Shown here: one piece after another, positions 22,523 through 35,467 of the stretch | How positions within the stretch are numbered: the stretch's first letter is position 1 | How the letters are laid out: every line of letters starts with the position of its first letter | DNA from: Podarcis tiliguerta | Taxonomy: Eukaryota | NCBI GenBank assembly: GCA_965153285.1 | Contig: OZ229114.1 | Length of the DNA stretch: 64,000 bases | Direction: 5' to 3' (one strand) | Notes under the pieces: model-generated | What the model saw: only the letters and a program-made list of their open reading frames with translations | Databases searched by the model: none | What the model was told of the DNA's origin: nothing | Program-made: the position numbers and the translations under genes

Positions 22523-25500
22523 GAATGCGCTGAAAGAGGATTTTTTTCCCCCATGAATATTTAAGCAATATTGCTGTGGAACTGCCTCACCGTGAGTTCA
22601 AAGGCTTGAGTACTTGAGTACAAGTGCCCAGCACAAAGATGCAGAGCCTGATCCTGGGCTGCTAAAGACAGGAACCTTTCCTGTTCTTATCAGTGGAAGG
22701 AGATATAGCAGGGCATGCACCAACAAGCTCATCTTTGCTTGCATGGAGCACTAAGGAATCATGAGGTAGAGACTGATTTGACATGCTGTGCTTCAAGCAT
22801 ACAATTAATCCTCATGTTGTCTCATGAGTGATTTCTCCCCTCAACACATCTATTCCAAGCTCCAGCATGTATTCCATGCTAACTAATAGCACCCAGCCGC
22901 ACAATCCTATACATGTCTACACGGAAGTAAGCCCCACTGACTTGCATGGGACTTCCTCCTAGGTGAGTATAAGAAAGCAGCCTTAGCTGAACAAACTGAA
23001 TTTTGTAAGGAAGAAAAAATGAGTATTAGAAAGAAAAGGGGTGTTGAACAGTCACTAACACACACACACAAGTCACACATCTATTCAAGTGTGATGCACT
23101 TGTGTAACCACTACTGCATTCAGCCACCACAGTAAATTCACACTTACAATCCATTTATACCAGAAATTTTCTGCTGCCTCCTCTCCTTTTCTCAATGGTT
23201 CCCTTCCTCTCATTCCTCATTTTCCCCCCAAGAGTGCATGACTGGATAATGGCAAGACTTTTAAAAATCACACTGTGCGTTCCACTTTTAAGTCCTGGAT
23301 GAGGGGCCTGTTTAATCTCTTTCAATATTGCACATATCCTCCAACTGGATTTTATCTTGAAAATGCAAAAAAAGAAAAAAAAGAAAAAAAGGAAAAAAAG
23401 GGGGGGGGGGACACGTAACCCAAAAACCAAAACCCAACAACACACACATACACATGAGAAAAATGTAAGTGAACAAACTAGCTAATGAGATCTAAACTTA
23501 AATACTAGTATTTCTATTCTGTAAATGCTAGTAGTATGAAAATAATGAATGTTTAACCCAGATTCCCTTCGGTTTCTCATAAATGATAGAAAGCACGTTA
23601 ACACATTTCTAAACAGAGAAAAGCAATGAGTATAATTTTACAATAAAATATGCCACACTAATATTTGAAAGTAGTTTAAACAAACAATTCTATAATGCCT
23701 TCGTCAAAATGTTCAGTGTTGCTACTGAAAGAAACTTTTTTGGAAATTGCTCATCATCAGAGACAAATGCAGACGTTGCTCCTGCATTGTAAACTTGAAA
23801 CACAAATGCACTTGTTCGCCTACCTCAGAATCTAGTCCAGAATTAGCCAGTCTGTAATGTTCCTTGCCAGTTACCTGTACAAATGAGCATTTTAAAGAAG
23901 CCCCACCCAAATTATTTTGTATTCAACTGGGGCTGTGACCCTAAGCAACACTTGTACCGGAGTCAATGAGACTTAATTCCCTATAGATGTGTTAAGGAGT
24001 AAGTGCTATTTCTTTTTCACACAGAGGGGCTGTTTTGACAAGGACTTCAGTCACTGGAAAGTTGGGCCAGAATCCAAAAAGGGTTTGAAGCGAGTTCCAA
24101 GGAGCTTTACGCCCATGGTTTCCTTCAGCAGCACCCCTCCCCATATCAGCCCAATGCTACACAGCAAAACATTCAGAAATATGGGACTTTCATAAGCAGT
24201 GATATGGCTGGGAGTGGTGTGGTGGGCGGCAGCTGTAGTCAAATTCTTGGCTGGCCTCACATGAGCCCAGGTGGCTCCAAATTGATATTTTGATATATGT
24301 TAACCAGGCATTCAAATTTTCAGTGAGGCCTAGTTCTCAAGAAAGAGCCAGGCGGTAAACCTTTATCTGAACTGAACCACTTCAGACTGCAAGAAAGTTC
24401 TGATTGAAAGACCTGCCTCAGAAAAACAAAAGGGAACAAGAACAAAAAACAAAAGAAGAATTCCTGCATACAGAAAACAAAATGTTAAGGAAATGACTTC
24501 GAGGCTACACCTTACCTGGCCTATGCAGGTAAGTTTGTGGATGTGGTGGATCATTCAAGGATGGAAGCATCCATTGCAGACACAGGTTTGCTACCTCATC
24601 AGCTTTTTGAGAAATAAACTTAAGTCTCAGCTTGAAAGAAATTGCAATAGGCAACAGGTATATGCAGGAAGAGTCAAAGAGAAATAGTGTTCACTAGAAT
24701 TAAAAAACAAAACAAAACAGGAAGAGTATCTTTTCAGGCATTATATAAAACCGCAATAACGAACTCAGAAGTGCTCATTATTATTAAAGTTGCAGTATAC
24801 AGCAGAAAAAGTTTCAAATTTTTGGTTTTTGGTTTCCAAAAAAAGGTGATTGGTTGTTTTTTTTAACTTTTGCTTTCTCAATCATTCCCATTTCACATAT
24901 TTTTTTTGAAAGCATGGATGACCAAGGTAATCTCAAATAATCAGGAAAATAACTAGAAAGCCACTCCTCCTTCCACAAGAGGGCACTCCGACTTCAAAAT
25001 ATTTTTTCAGTAGCTCCCTGGAGAATTAAAAAAGTGAATTAGTTAACTCCGAAAGTACAATTATTATTAAATTGCAACTTGATTTTTGATTAGTTTTTAG
25101 AAGTACAAAATACTTTTTCCCACCAAAATGCTACAGGTATTTTACAACCATTTGAATGGGACTATAGTGTTTGTGCAGTGAGATCATGAAGACTTGTCAC
25201 AAGTAATTGTGAATAGGCTTGGTGCTGCATTTAATTTTCCAGTTCTGAAAAAGTTTCCTAGGTATGACCTATCAGCTAAAGTGGGAAACGTAAATTGCAT
25301 ACCAGTAACAGTGAAACTGACTAAAGGTGCTTTCTAGTGTCCTTTATTCCACCCCTTTCATACATCATGAAATCGCCTCCAAGCTTGTCCAACATATGTG
25401 CATGCACAAGCTATATCTTGTGTGCACAAGCACACAAATATATTTGTGTGTGTCTTGCAGAAAGCACAACATCAGGAACAGCAAGTAGATGCAAAGCTGA

Positions 25501-28500
25501 GAGCAGCTCAGAAGTTAACTTTGCTACTTGCTCAGAACCTCATCACCATAATCACATAAAGTATATTATAATATTGGCTACTGGACCACCTCTGTTGGGC
25601 AACTGAATATTGCTTTCTTTTTTTATGCACAATAGATCCTACTCCTCAAGTATTTGTATACATCTTTCAGTAATTATTGATGAGCAAACTGATCTCATAA
25701 ATAGGAGACCTCTGCAAGAAAACCATGCCTGCTCTGTATCATATTGATAGCAAATAGATATTGTGTTTGTGGGTAGCAGCCACATGCTTAATATGCAGCA
25801 AGAAAGGCGTATGTTCTCAGGAGAACAATTTAGAACAATTTAGCAGACAGCGATCTTCTGCACATGGGACTGGAGAATGGTCAACAGTCATCCATTAAGC
25901 GCTGGGGGCTAGCAGAATATATTGAAGACATCTAGGGAATCTGGTGGTGGGATGGGGGCTTGTTCAATTACTACTTCAGATCAGCTCCTCACATTTACTC
26001 AGGGCTGCATACGTTTAAGGAATATAACTAGCTGATCCACTGCTCTCCAAATCTGAAATATATGTCCCTTTTCCTTAGCAGAAAGTTGACACTTGCTAAC
26101 TGAATCTACTGTATTTTGAGAGTCCAATGGCTCAATGCTTTCCCAGGAGATGATGGCATCTTTAGAACAAAACTGTATAGTACAATTTTTAAATAATCAT
26201 AAATTATTTTAATAAATAGGTGAACTTTTAAAAAAAATGACAATTTATACTGCACCTTTAAATAATGCACTTGGTTTTTTCTGCATTTTGGTTTAAATTG
26301 TTAAAGTGCATTAATTCAAAAATAATGAACCACTTCCTTATCATTATTGTTAAAAAATAAATCATAAACATTAATATGAGTTGCTAAATCACTACTATTA
26401 GTACTGCAATCTAGCAGATTACTTTATGGTTTTGCTCTATTTAATACTGTCCAGCAGAAGAACATAATACTTCTATTTATAATCTCACAGCAGCTCTGGC
26501 AGTTCTTTTAACAATGGCTGCTAAGGTTTCAGCAGACTTTTAAAATGAAGAGAAACTTCCAAGAGGCAGAGCTGCTAGGCCTTAGGAAGAAAAGCTCAGG
26601 AAAAACACCTACACCTTTTACTTTGCAGTGTAGATCATGACCTTCTCCCCACGGGCTCTTCCACTGAGGCCTCTCCATTCCTTCCTGCTTCGCACAAGCC
26701 AACCCTTCTTCCATGCTTATTTATCCAATATAAAGCAATAGTATGGAAGGTGGTGGCAGCCAAACTTTAATGGTGTCTTAACAGATCAAACTGAAAGGAC
26801 AATTGGCACATGAGCTGCAGAAATCAACCCCTCCCCCAACATTTCTCATTGATTCAAGACGCGTAACACCATATTTTTGTTTAAAGAGAAAGAGAGATGA
26901 ATCAAGTGAGAATTATGTAATGTTTCCCAAAGACCAAACATCTCCCCATTATATATTTGATTTTGAATCCTTTGGAAGAAATGTATCCATTCAGTTCGTT
27001 CAAATCTTCCCATTCTTTTATCTTTCACCTAGTGGAAGGCATGAAGTGTTGCTGGAAGATGAAAGAGTTATTTATATTATTTATTCTTGCACAGTAACAC
27101 AAACACAGCTGGTTTTCTTCTCTTGACACACAAAATGCTGGGCCTCAGGACAGAGACATCAAACTCTCATCTGAGAGTCGGTATTCTTAAGCAAAGGCCT
27201 TCCGGTGTTTCCTTTTTTACAATTATAAAGTTTATTTAAGGGCTGGTGTTTGAGGCCACGGGGAGGGGGATACACTTTGCACCCAAGCCTTTCCCCCCCC
27301 AGTGGCTTTTCATTTTTCCATGCTCTCCCACAAATGTTCTATCTTTGAAGTTTCATGATTATAAATATCAATGGTGGGGGGTAGAAACAAATGGAGAGAC
27401 TGCCCATGTGTGCAGGTGCTTGAACAGGTACATTCTCCACTCAATAGTGTTCTCATTCAACTGCTTTGCAGGTTTTGAAAGTATCAGGTGCTTCTCTCCC
27501 AACACAAAGGAACATTCAAGTGAATACAACAGAAGAGTGATTCCTACTGCTTGCTCTTAAAAAAGGGGGAAATAAGAAGTTTAGGACACAGATGGTTCAA
27601 AAATAAAAATCATCCCACAAATATACAAATTTAAAACAATTGTGCAGACAGTAAAATGCATGGCTTTTTTCTCTCTTCCCTGCCCCAACTTTGTAAACAC
27701 AGATGCTTCTCTGCTGGCTGAGAATGGGCATTCATATCTGGAAACAACACTTAAATACAAACTGTATGGGTCTCCTTGCTTTGTTTTTATTTGAGGCATT
27801 GCCACATGCAATCTGTTACTCCCAGTATTCTTGATCTTAAGCACTGTGAGAGTTCTGACATGCATGCACAATTCCTGCACTGGCACTGACTCTGACCATG
27901 TGCAATGAGGATGCACACGGGGTATCACTCCTCTATCAATGAAAGGCATGCGGAAGAGCATGGACACGGAGAAGCTCCATGTTTGCATATAGACACTCCT
28001 GCACCTCAAGTAGCACCTGGAGTGGGCAATTGGCTGTGATGCAGTGGCTTCAAGGTATCCCTTACTCCTTACAGAAAAGTAACTCCTCACTCTCTTCTAC
28101 TGGCAAGGAAATGTTTTTACATCATGCACAATAGAGAGATCCAATCCCTGTGAACATGAATATATGCTTCCCTTCATAGGAAATAATGGAAAGCCCCTGC
28201 AAAACAAAGGCCCGTTATGTGGAAGCAAATCCTTTCCACTCGGGGCCAACTCATCTACTTTAACTTTTTCTCTTTGTAATACATCCCAAAGGGATTGGCA
28301 GGTGGATCCATGCAGATGGCTCTGAAGAAGCCATCACCTCTGTGTTACATGACTCATTGGCCTGGCTTTCAAGCCACAGGAGGCCACTGTGTGGCCACAA
28401 GAGCAGAAGCCTTATGGGGCTTTGGGATGGGAGCAGAGTGCATGCACAACTTAAGGAGCTGTGCAGAAGCACTGGTGGAAGCAAGCCTGGTAATTCTGAC

Positions 28501-29601
28501 CTGGGCAAAATGAAGAGGAAGGGAAGAGTTCTTGAGAAATCCCTTTCCCTCTAGCAAAGGCTTATGGATGGCCAAGGAGCCAAACCCATGATGGTCCATG
28601 AGCCAGCAAATGGGGCTTTGTGGAACAGCAGATTCCCCTTTTAAGCTACAGACAACTGATATTCCCTGCATTCAGATGAAACTTTGCTGCTTCATAGTCC
28701 AATATGGGGCTCTGGATAGCAAAGTATGTGACAAACCCCTTCAAAGTACTTTCAATATTGGTTGTTCAGAAGAACCTCAAAATAAAACATTAAATTTTGA
28801 GACCAATAAGTTTGCACAAGAGGTGTGTTGCAAACACATGATTTTTAGTGTGCATACAAACACCTAGGAACCACATTAAAGTTTGACTACACATCTAATT
28901 CCAATAATAATAGTAAAAAAAACTTGACCCCTTCCCCAAACAGTTGACACAGAGATCACCACAGGACAGAAGCATGACCGATGCCATTGGGGGAAACTGA
29001 CAATATGCACTTAATGTCAGGTACTAGCAATGCACAGTGAAAAAGCTCCAAGTCTTCAATCTGGAGACAAGAATGTGATAGCCAAGGGCCAACACTGGAT
29101 TTCTTGAGTTTCCCCACTTGCTCTGCTGATTTAAAGATATCTCGCTGGTGGTGGAGACTCATCCACAGCTTGGAAACACTCCATGTGGAAGAAATGAACA
29201 AGCTGATTTTTTTAACATGTCCAGGTTGGCACCAAACTCCCCACCATTCGCAAGTGGATGCACAGGTCCAAACTATACTGTGAAAGGCACACATTTGGTT
29301 TCCTTTTATGACAACCAGGATGGTGGAATAATGAACCACGTTGCACTCAAAATTATGAAAGTCTTCACCAAAACAGAAAGAGAATGCCATTAGTTCCAGC
29401 TGCCTTTTTCCTTGATATTTGCTGAACAAGCCAATTCCTTCAAACACCCTCAAAGACGGCAGACTTGCTGGTCATAGCAAAGGTCAGATCAACAGTCCAT
29501 TGTATATTAGATAGAATAAAAAGGGAATAAAATCATTGTATTTCCCCCCTTCCTTCCGTATGTACACAGTATAAAAGTATAAATAATGGAATTTAAAGAC
29601 T

Positions 29602-31488
29602 CTAATTCTTTTTCTCCAAATAATTCGAGGGCACCCAGCCTTTAAAAGGTTTTCCTCCATCCATGATCTGACAGTACCACCAACCATTTGGGTTCCTTTC
29701 CAGGACCTCCATGCAGACGCCTTCCTGAAATCCAGCAGTTTCTTCGTCCCCCTCATAATCTGCAATGGAGATGTAGATATCCTTAAGGTTATTGTGAATG
29801 AACTGGGATTTTTCAATGGGCTTGGGTCTGACTGTGGACACTGGGATTCCATTGCGCTCAGAAGGTACGTAGGAACTTGTCTCAGACCCCTCAGAACCCA
29901 GCCGATCAGTGTGCTTTATCTTAGAATCACTAGTCTGAGGTTGGGCAGCATTGAAAGAAGAGTTGCGGCGTACTGCCCTCAGGTGGTCTGTGGCAGTAAG
30001 AGACTCATTCCTACGCAGGGAACAAGGCAAGTTATTATCCTTGGGTGGTGGGGAGACAAACACTGACTGTGGCCTCACTGCTAGTTGCCTAACCCCATTC
30101 CGCAATTTGACAGACCCAGATGTTTTAGAAAAGCCACCAGGTGGTTTACTGGGAATGGGAGGTGTTGCTCTCTTGCTCTGGTTGATGGTGTTGAGTGCTT
30201 GGACCTTCTTCTCTATCTTCTCCAAGCTGTTGGATTTGTTTTCATTCCTTCTGTTCTTGGCCACTGAGATGTTAGCCTCATTCGAACTGGTTTCCCGTTG
30301 TTGGTTATCAGACAGTACCAGATAGTGAGAAGGAGCCCAGCCTTCTGTGTCTCCATATCTCAAATACCACCACCCACTTGTTTGCTTTTCCAGAACTTCC
30401 ACTGTTATCCCCGCTGGGAAGCTGATCTCAGAATCTTGAACTTTCTGGTAAGAATCAGTAGTTACATAGATACATTTTAAGGAGTTGTTTTCATTCTCTG
30501 CCTTGTTTGGCTGGCTGGAGTAGAATATGGCATGGGAATGAGTGGGAATGAGATCTGCAGAGCTTCTTCTGAATGACTCTTCTGGGTTTCCAGAAGCTGT
30601 CCGAGGTGGACTTTCAGACTCTTCACTTCTTGAACCTTTAAGCCCGCCTCTCAGCTGTCCAGTTGGTCTCAGCTGGTGACGTAAAGTGCTGATGTCCATC
30701 CTTTCTTGGCTTTGGGAGTCTGCTTTGTTCAGGAAAGGTTTTGGTCTCACCATTGGTTTTGCCCTGCTAGACACTGCCTCCCCAGTATCCCTCTTTAGGC
30801 CAGTTTTGGGCATGCTACTTAAACCAACGTCTGAAGCGGACCTTGGCTTTGTCTCCTCATTCCGGGGGTAGTGCGGCTTCCCAAGGTTTGGCTGAATGCT
30901 CTTGTCGCTTTTGGGCTTCAGGAGGGAAGACTTGGGAGAAACAGAACACGGAGAATTTCTTTGGATCAGAGACAGTGATGAACTTCTTTGAGAATCAGAG
31001 TCCCCACTAGATTCTTTGCTTGACAGAGCATCTTCTATGTATGGCCTGAAGCCTTCATTTTCATAGATGGTCTCCTCTTCATGTGCTACATCTTCAGATG
31101 ACTCTCCAACTCGGAATTTTGCCCTTTGGAGGGATGACACAGGGGAAGGCTTGAGTAGATGGAACATGCCTCTCTCCAAGCTGCCATCTTCCCCTTGGCT
31201 CAGCTCAGACTCAGAGTCAGCACCAAAGGCAGGCACATCATACTCTGGCTCCTCATACTTTTGCTTGTCCTGGGCATCTCCTGAAGATATGGTTCCAGCA
31301 ACTGTTCCTTCTTCAGAGTCTTTTGATTTATTGGGAGGTGCTGGGGGAGGAACTTTGGGTCTGGTCAAAGTACTTGTTCGCCTGTTTAAATTTGGCTTCT
31401 TCCTTTTGTCAATGTATGATGCTGGAGCCCAGCCTTCCTTTTCACCAATCTGCACATACCACCAGCCACCAGAATTCTTGTCGATAAC
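29602..31488 (-). CDS. SH3PXD2A: SH3PXD2A (Tks5) terminal coding exon: end of SH3-3, linker, SH3-4, SH3-5
   Basis: Acceptor ctctctag|GTT. 629 codons including stop, from VIDKNSGGWWYVQIGEKEGWAPASYI to GWWYCQIMDGGKPFKGWVPSNYLEKKN*, the Tks5 C-terminus. Confidence 0.97.
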   Translation of the reverse strand, partial: VIDKNSGGWWYVQIGEKEGWAPASYIDKRKKPNLNRRTSTLTRPKVPPPAPPNKSKDSEEGTVAGTISSGDAQDKQKYEEPEYDVPAFGADSESELSQGEDGSLERGMFHLLKPSPVSSLQRAKFRVGESSEDVAHEEETIYENEGFRPYIEDALSSKESSGDSDSQRSSSLSLIQRNSPCSVSPKSSLLKPKSDKSIQPNLGKPHYPRNEETKPRSASDVGLSSMPKTGLKRDTGEAVSSRAKPMVRPKPFLNKADSQSQERMDISTLRHQLRPTGQLRGGLKGSRSEESESPPRTASGNPEESFRRSSADLIPTHSHAIFYSSQPNKAENENNSLKCIYVTTDSYQKVQDSEISFPAGITVEVLEKQTSGWWYLRYGDTEGWAPSHYLVLSDNQQRETSSNEANISVAKNRRNENKSNSLEKIEKKVQALNTINQSKRATPPIPSKPPGGFSKTSGSVKLRNGVRQLAVRPQSVFVSPPPKDNNLPCSLRRNESLTATDHLRAVRRNSSFNAAQPQTSDSKIKHTDRLGSEGSETSSYVPSERNGIPVSTVRPKPIEKSQFIHNNLKDIYISIADYEGDEETAGFQEGVCMEVLERNPNGWWYCQIMDGGKPFKGWVPSNYLEKKN

Positions 31489-31635
31489 CTAGAGAGGGAT
31501 TAACATAGAGATTAGTTTGGGAGGAAAAAGACAAAATAATAGCACATTATTTTTTATCTATGCTATCGTCTCATTTCTGCCTAAGGTTTAGCAGCTACGC
31601 ATCACTCATTAGCTTGTTTCCCTTTCTAGGCTTAC

Positions 31636-31755
31636 CTCCGCCTTTTGTCCCCCATGAAAGCTGATCCCATCAGAGATACAAGACTGGAACTCTGCAATGG
31701 TGTAGTATTCAACTTCCACTGATGGTGGCTCAGGAGGTTTAGGCAGCTGGAAGCC
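31636..31755 (-). CDS. SH3PXD2A: SH3PXD2A coding exon (120 nt), start of SH3-3
   Basis: cactgcag| [40 protein letters not shown] |gtaagc; phase 0-0. Confidence 0.95.
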
Positions 31756-32927
31756 CTGCAGTGAGAAAAGGCAATAAGGAGAGTAGTTAAAAGTGGCAAT
31801 AGGGTGCAGAGGGAAAGAGGGAAAATTAAGGTTTTATTTTATTTTATTTTATTTTATTTTAAGAAAGCTGCTTGCATTTTAAGCAAGGAAGTGAGATGAA
31901 TAAATGTCAGCCCAGATATTAAAAGCTCATAAGCCATTGCATCAGGGGGTAGCTAGGATGTGGCCCTCCAGATATTGCTGGACTACAATTTCCATCAGAT
32001 CCAGTGACATGGCCAATCACCAAGGATAATGGGAACTGTAGTCCAGCTATCCCTTAAACCTGGTGGCCAATCAAGGGGAATGGGTGTTACCAGTCCAGTG
32101 ACGCAACTCTCAGTCAGTTTAAACTTCCTCAATTCAAATACTAGTGAGATTTCCACTTCCTACGGAATGGGAAGAAGACGAAAACCCTTGAAGCAGGAAG
32201 ACCCACTGTGCTGCCATCTCCATTCCCTGTTTTTAAATGACTGGATAATGTGGATGGATGCACAGGAGCGTAAAACTCACAAGCCTTGAACAACTTAAAA
32301 ATATTAAGTGGAAATTGCTTCATAGTAGAAATCCTACAGCAGAGGTGCCTAGGTTTTGGGGTTTTATTTTTTACATTAAGGGCAACACTGAGGGTTCACC
32401 TCAGTAATAGTTATAATCACTCAAGCAAGATTATAAGACCTGAGGGAGGTAGAACACAGAGAAAACATTCAAATACACACAATGAAAGAATCTCTATTCA
32501 ACCCAACCTTTTAACTATTGCTTAAACCGTTTTGACAGTGTATAGTTCTTCTCCCACCTTTTTTGTGAAGGGAAAAAAAGGCAGATGAGAGAAACAGGAT
32601 GAAGAGCCTTTCTTCATCGGATAGTTTATATTTGTCTAGATTAAATGCGTTACAAAATGGCATGCCACTGGAATGAGCAAATCCAGGCCTGCAATTGATA
32701 GAGGTGGGTGTGGCAGGAATAGGTATTTTAAGGACAGACTTGGTCTAGTACATTAAAGACGTGGAAGCTTGCACGTACATATTCACATTATAAGCTATGT
32801 ATGGTACAACTCAAAATGAAGAGACAGGAGTATGTGGGGGGATGGAATAAAACTCAGTTCTGTAATACAGCTGTAGTTCATGGATCACTAATAGCTCCAA
32901 ACAACTTTTGACAAGTTGTTTTGACAA

Positions 32928-33253
32928 GGCTACATCCACAACATATATTTAAGGTACTCAGATATCACTTTTTAAAAGCCACTTCTTCCCCCCCAAGAAT
33001 CTTGGGAACTGAAGTTTTTAAGGGTGCTAAGAGTTTTTGGAGATCCCTTCAAAGAGCTACAATTCTGAGAGTGGTTTAACAATCTATCATTCTTCCTAGA
33101 AAACTCTGGAAACTGTAGCTCTGTGAAGGGAATAGGGGCCTCCTAATAACTCTCAGTACCCTTATTAAACTACACTTCCCATGTTTTTTTGGAGAAGCAA
33201 TGACCATTTAAAATGGTATCATAGTGCTTTAAATGTATGGTGTGGATGTGGCC
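32928..33253. mobile_element. PIF/Harbinger-like MITE
   Basis: TIRs ggctacatccacaacatatatttaa vs ggccacatccacaccatacatttaa; internally palindromic. Confidence 0.7.
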
Positions 33254-33431
33254 AAAAACAATATAAAAGTAGTATGTGCACAACTGGGAAAACAAAAGAG
33301 GGTAACTCTTCCCACTTTCTTTCTTCCTGTTCCACTGGGACCTGAGTGCAACAGGCCCCAGTGGTGTTGCATTTGTGCAAAGTTAAATATTTGCAAGTGC
33401 CATTGGAAGTATAAAAGAAATTGGCACTCAC

Positions 33432-33481
33432 CAAACTAGATTCTCTTCTTGGGGGAGGTCTGGTTCTTAGATTTGGAGAAC
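33432..33481 (-). CDS. SH3PXD2A: SH3PXD2A coding exon (50 nt)
   Basis: tctcactag| (S)SPNLRTRPPPRRESSL |gtgagt; phase 1-0. Confidence 0.95.
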
Positions 33482-35132
33482 CTAGTGAGAGAAGAAATAT
33501 TCCATATTTAAACAGAACAGGCACACCCAAGCTTCAATGTTCTGCCAGCAATTAAAATAAAAATTAATGTGTCCAAGAAAAATAAAATAATTTATTTCTT
33601 ACAATAATTTTATAACAATTTTTAAGGCGCAAAGCCTTCCTGGGCACCTTATGTTTTTAAACAAAATACAAATAACATATTTATGAAAACCAACAGAGCA
33701 GCAAAGTCAGCATAAAAACAGGACTGACAACTCTCCAAGACTCCCACAAGCTCCAGATGTTTTAGATTACAACTTGTGCTGGCTGGGGCTGATGGGAGTT
33801 GGGGTCCAAAACAACTGGAGGGCACCAGGTTGGCAAAGGCTTGTCTACAAGCTCTAAGAGGTCTAGACAAATGATAAGGTCTTCACCTGCCCTTACCCCA
33901 AAAGGGTTACTATGTGCTGAAGCCAGAACTGATCTGCTTTATCTGAGACATGGGAGAAGAATAATTAAAACAGATGATTATTTTAATCTTGCCAAATTAT
34001 GTTGGATGGAACTGATGGTGGGGGTAAGGTGCAAATAAGTCAAAATAAAACCAGTGGGTTTTTGGAGTTAAGCCAACACAGTATGGGAATTTTGTCTTGT
34101 TTTTTATGATTCCCAGAAAGATGGCATGGCTATTCACAACAATGGAGCTCCTTTCATGTGATCTTTGCATGCAGAGAGGGGGACAAGATTACCATATGGT
34201 CCCTGTCTCCATTCTGCACACCTTCAAGTGAGAACTGTATGGAGCCTATGAAAACAGAGCTGTAAATACAGATGACTCTCTACATGGCTTTTGGAACCCT
34301 GACAGGATTATACTTCTGTGGGCTCTGTTCTGACCTTCAAGTGACTGTACTGAAGCAGAGCTTGCTGCCATTGATTCCATGCCCCCTCTTTATGTCTGTT
34401 CAATCACTCTAGATGTGAACAACTGAAAAACCCTTGTGCTAATATAGAAATCTAGACTTTTAGGAGCAGTTCACCAGAAGGGGGCGTCAGATGTCTTCCC
34501 AAAAGACGAGTCTATGCAGGAATCATGTCACATTCAGGATCATAGCAATCAATCACAGACTGGTGGTTGTCAGACTTTTTGCAGACAAACATCAGCCAAG
34601 GGGCCAAGCCAGGTGTAGCCTGCACTCCATATTAATATTCCACTCTGCCCTGCAAGACTTGCTGTCATATGCATTCATCTATCTATCTATCCTCCCTCCT
34701 CCTTTGTATATTTCTTGTGCCAACTCCATTTTCACAAACCTCTCGTTTCAATCATAGTTTTTAATGGCTTAATTGGTATAATCATATAACTTTAAATTCA
34801 CCCATTTTCTAGATTTAAGAATGAGCTGGGGTCCCCATATGTTGTTGGATGACATTTCCCATCATTCCTGACCATTTGGCAAGATGACTGTGGATGATGG
34901 GAGTTGGAGTCCAACAACTTTTGAGGGCCCAATGTAAAAGCACCACCCATCACCCTTGATCACTGGGCCATGCTGGCTGGGGCTGATGGGAGATGTAGTC
35001 CCCTAAACATCTGAAGAACCGGGCTGAGGAAGCTGCTCTCAACTAGTATTTCCCTTAATCCATCAGACATTGTTGACCCTTCCAACCTGCCCCAGCAGTA
35101 AATAAGCAGCTAGGAGTCTACTATGGCCTTAC

Positions 35133-35467
35133 TTATTTGAGCTCTTTGTGGTGCAATCCGTGCGATGGCTGGAGAACCCTGTGCCAATTTTGAAATCTGT
35201 TTGTCTTGAGTCATCATGGCATTGCCATTAGAATCATTGCATAAGATGGGCAAGCTTATTTCCTTCTTGGTGATGTGGGATTCTGCTGTTTCAATTTCTG
35301 ACTGGGTTTCCTTGTCACTAGAGGATTTCTTATTCAACAGGTTGCTGATCTCCATGATGTTTCCTATAATTTCCACTGGCCCCGTCAAGTTCTTTTTCCT
35401 TGATGGAAGGTCATCTTTTGCTTTTTTCAGGTACGAGGCTGGGGCCCAGCCCTCTTTGCCTAAATAC
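35133..35467 (-). CDS. SH3PXD2A: SH3PXD2A coding exon (335 nt), end of SH3-2 and linker
   Basis: tatttctag| (R)YLGKEGWAPASYLKKAKDDLPSRKKNLTGPVEIIGNIMEISNLLNKK...ARIAPQRAQI |gtaagg; phase 2-1. Confidence 0.96.

Larger units (their letters stand above)
17300..29601 (-). other. SH3PXD2A: Probable SH3PXD2A 3'UTR (~12 kb)
   Basis: Follows the stop codon. Relatively poor in repeats, AU-rich, with many miRNA 8mers, and ends at minus-strand AATAAA signals. Long SH3PXD2A 3'UTRs are known in mammals. Extent is inferred. Confidence 0.55.

Noticed and set aside
27581-29453. 169-aa and 165-aa minus-strand ORFs downstream of the Tks5 stop
   Set aside because: They lie in the 3'UTR, start at non-ATG codons and have no recognisable domains; consistent with chance.
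31067-31492. 141-aa + strand ORF (also 29951-30325 and 35216-35518)
   Set aside because: Antisense shadows of SH3PXD2A coding exons, with no independent coding evidence.
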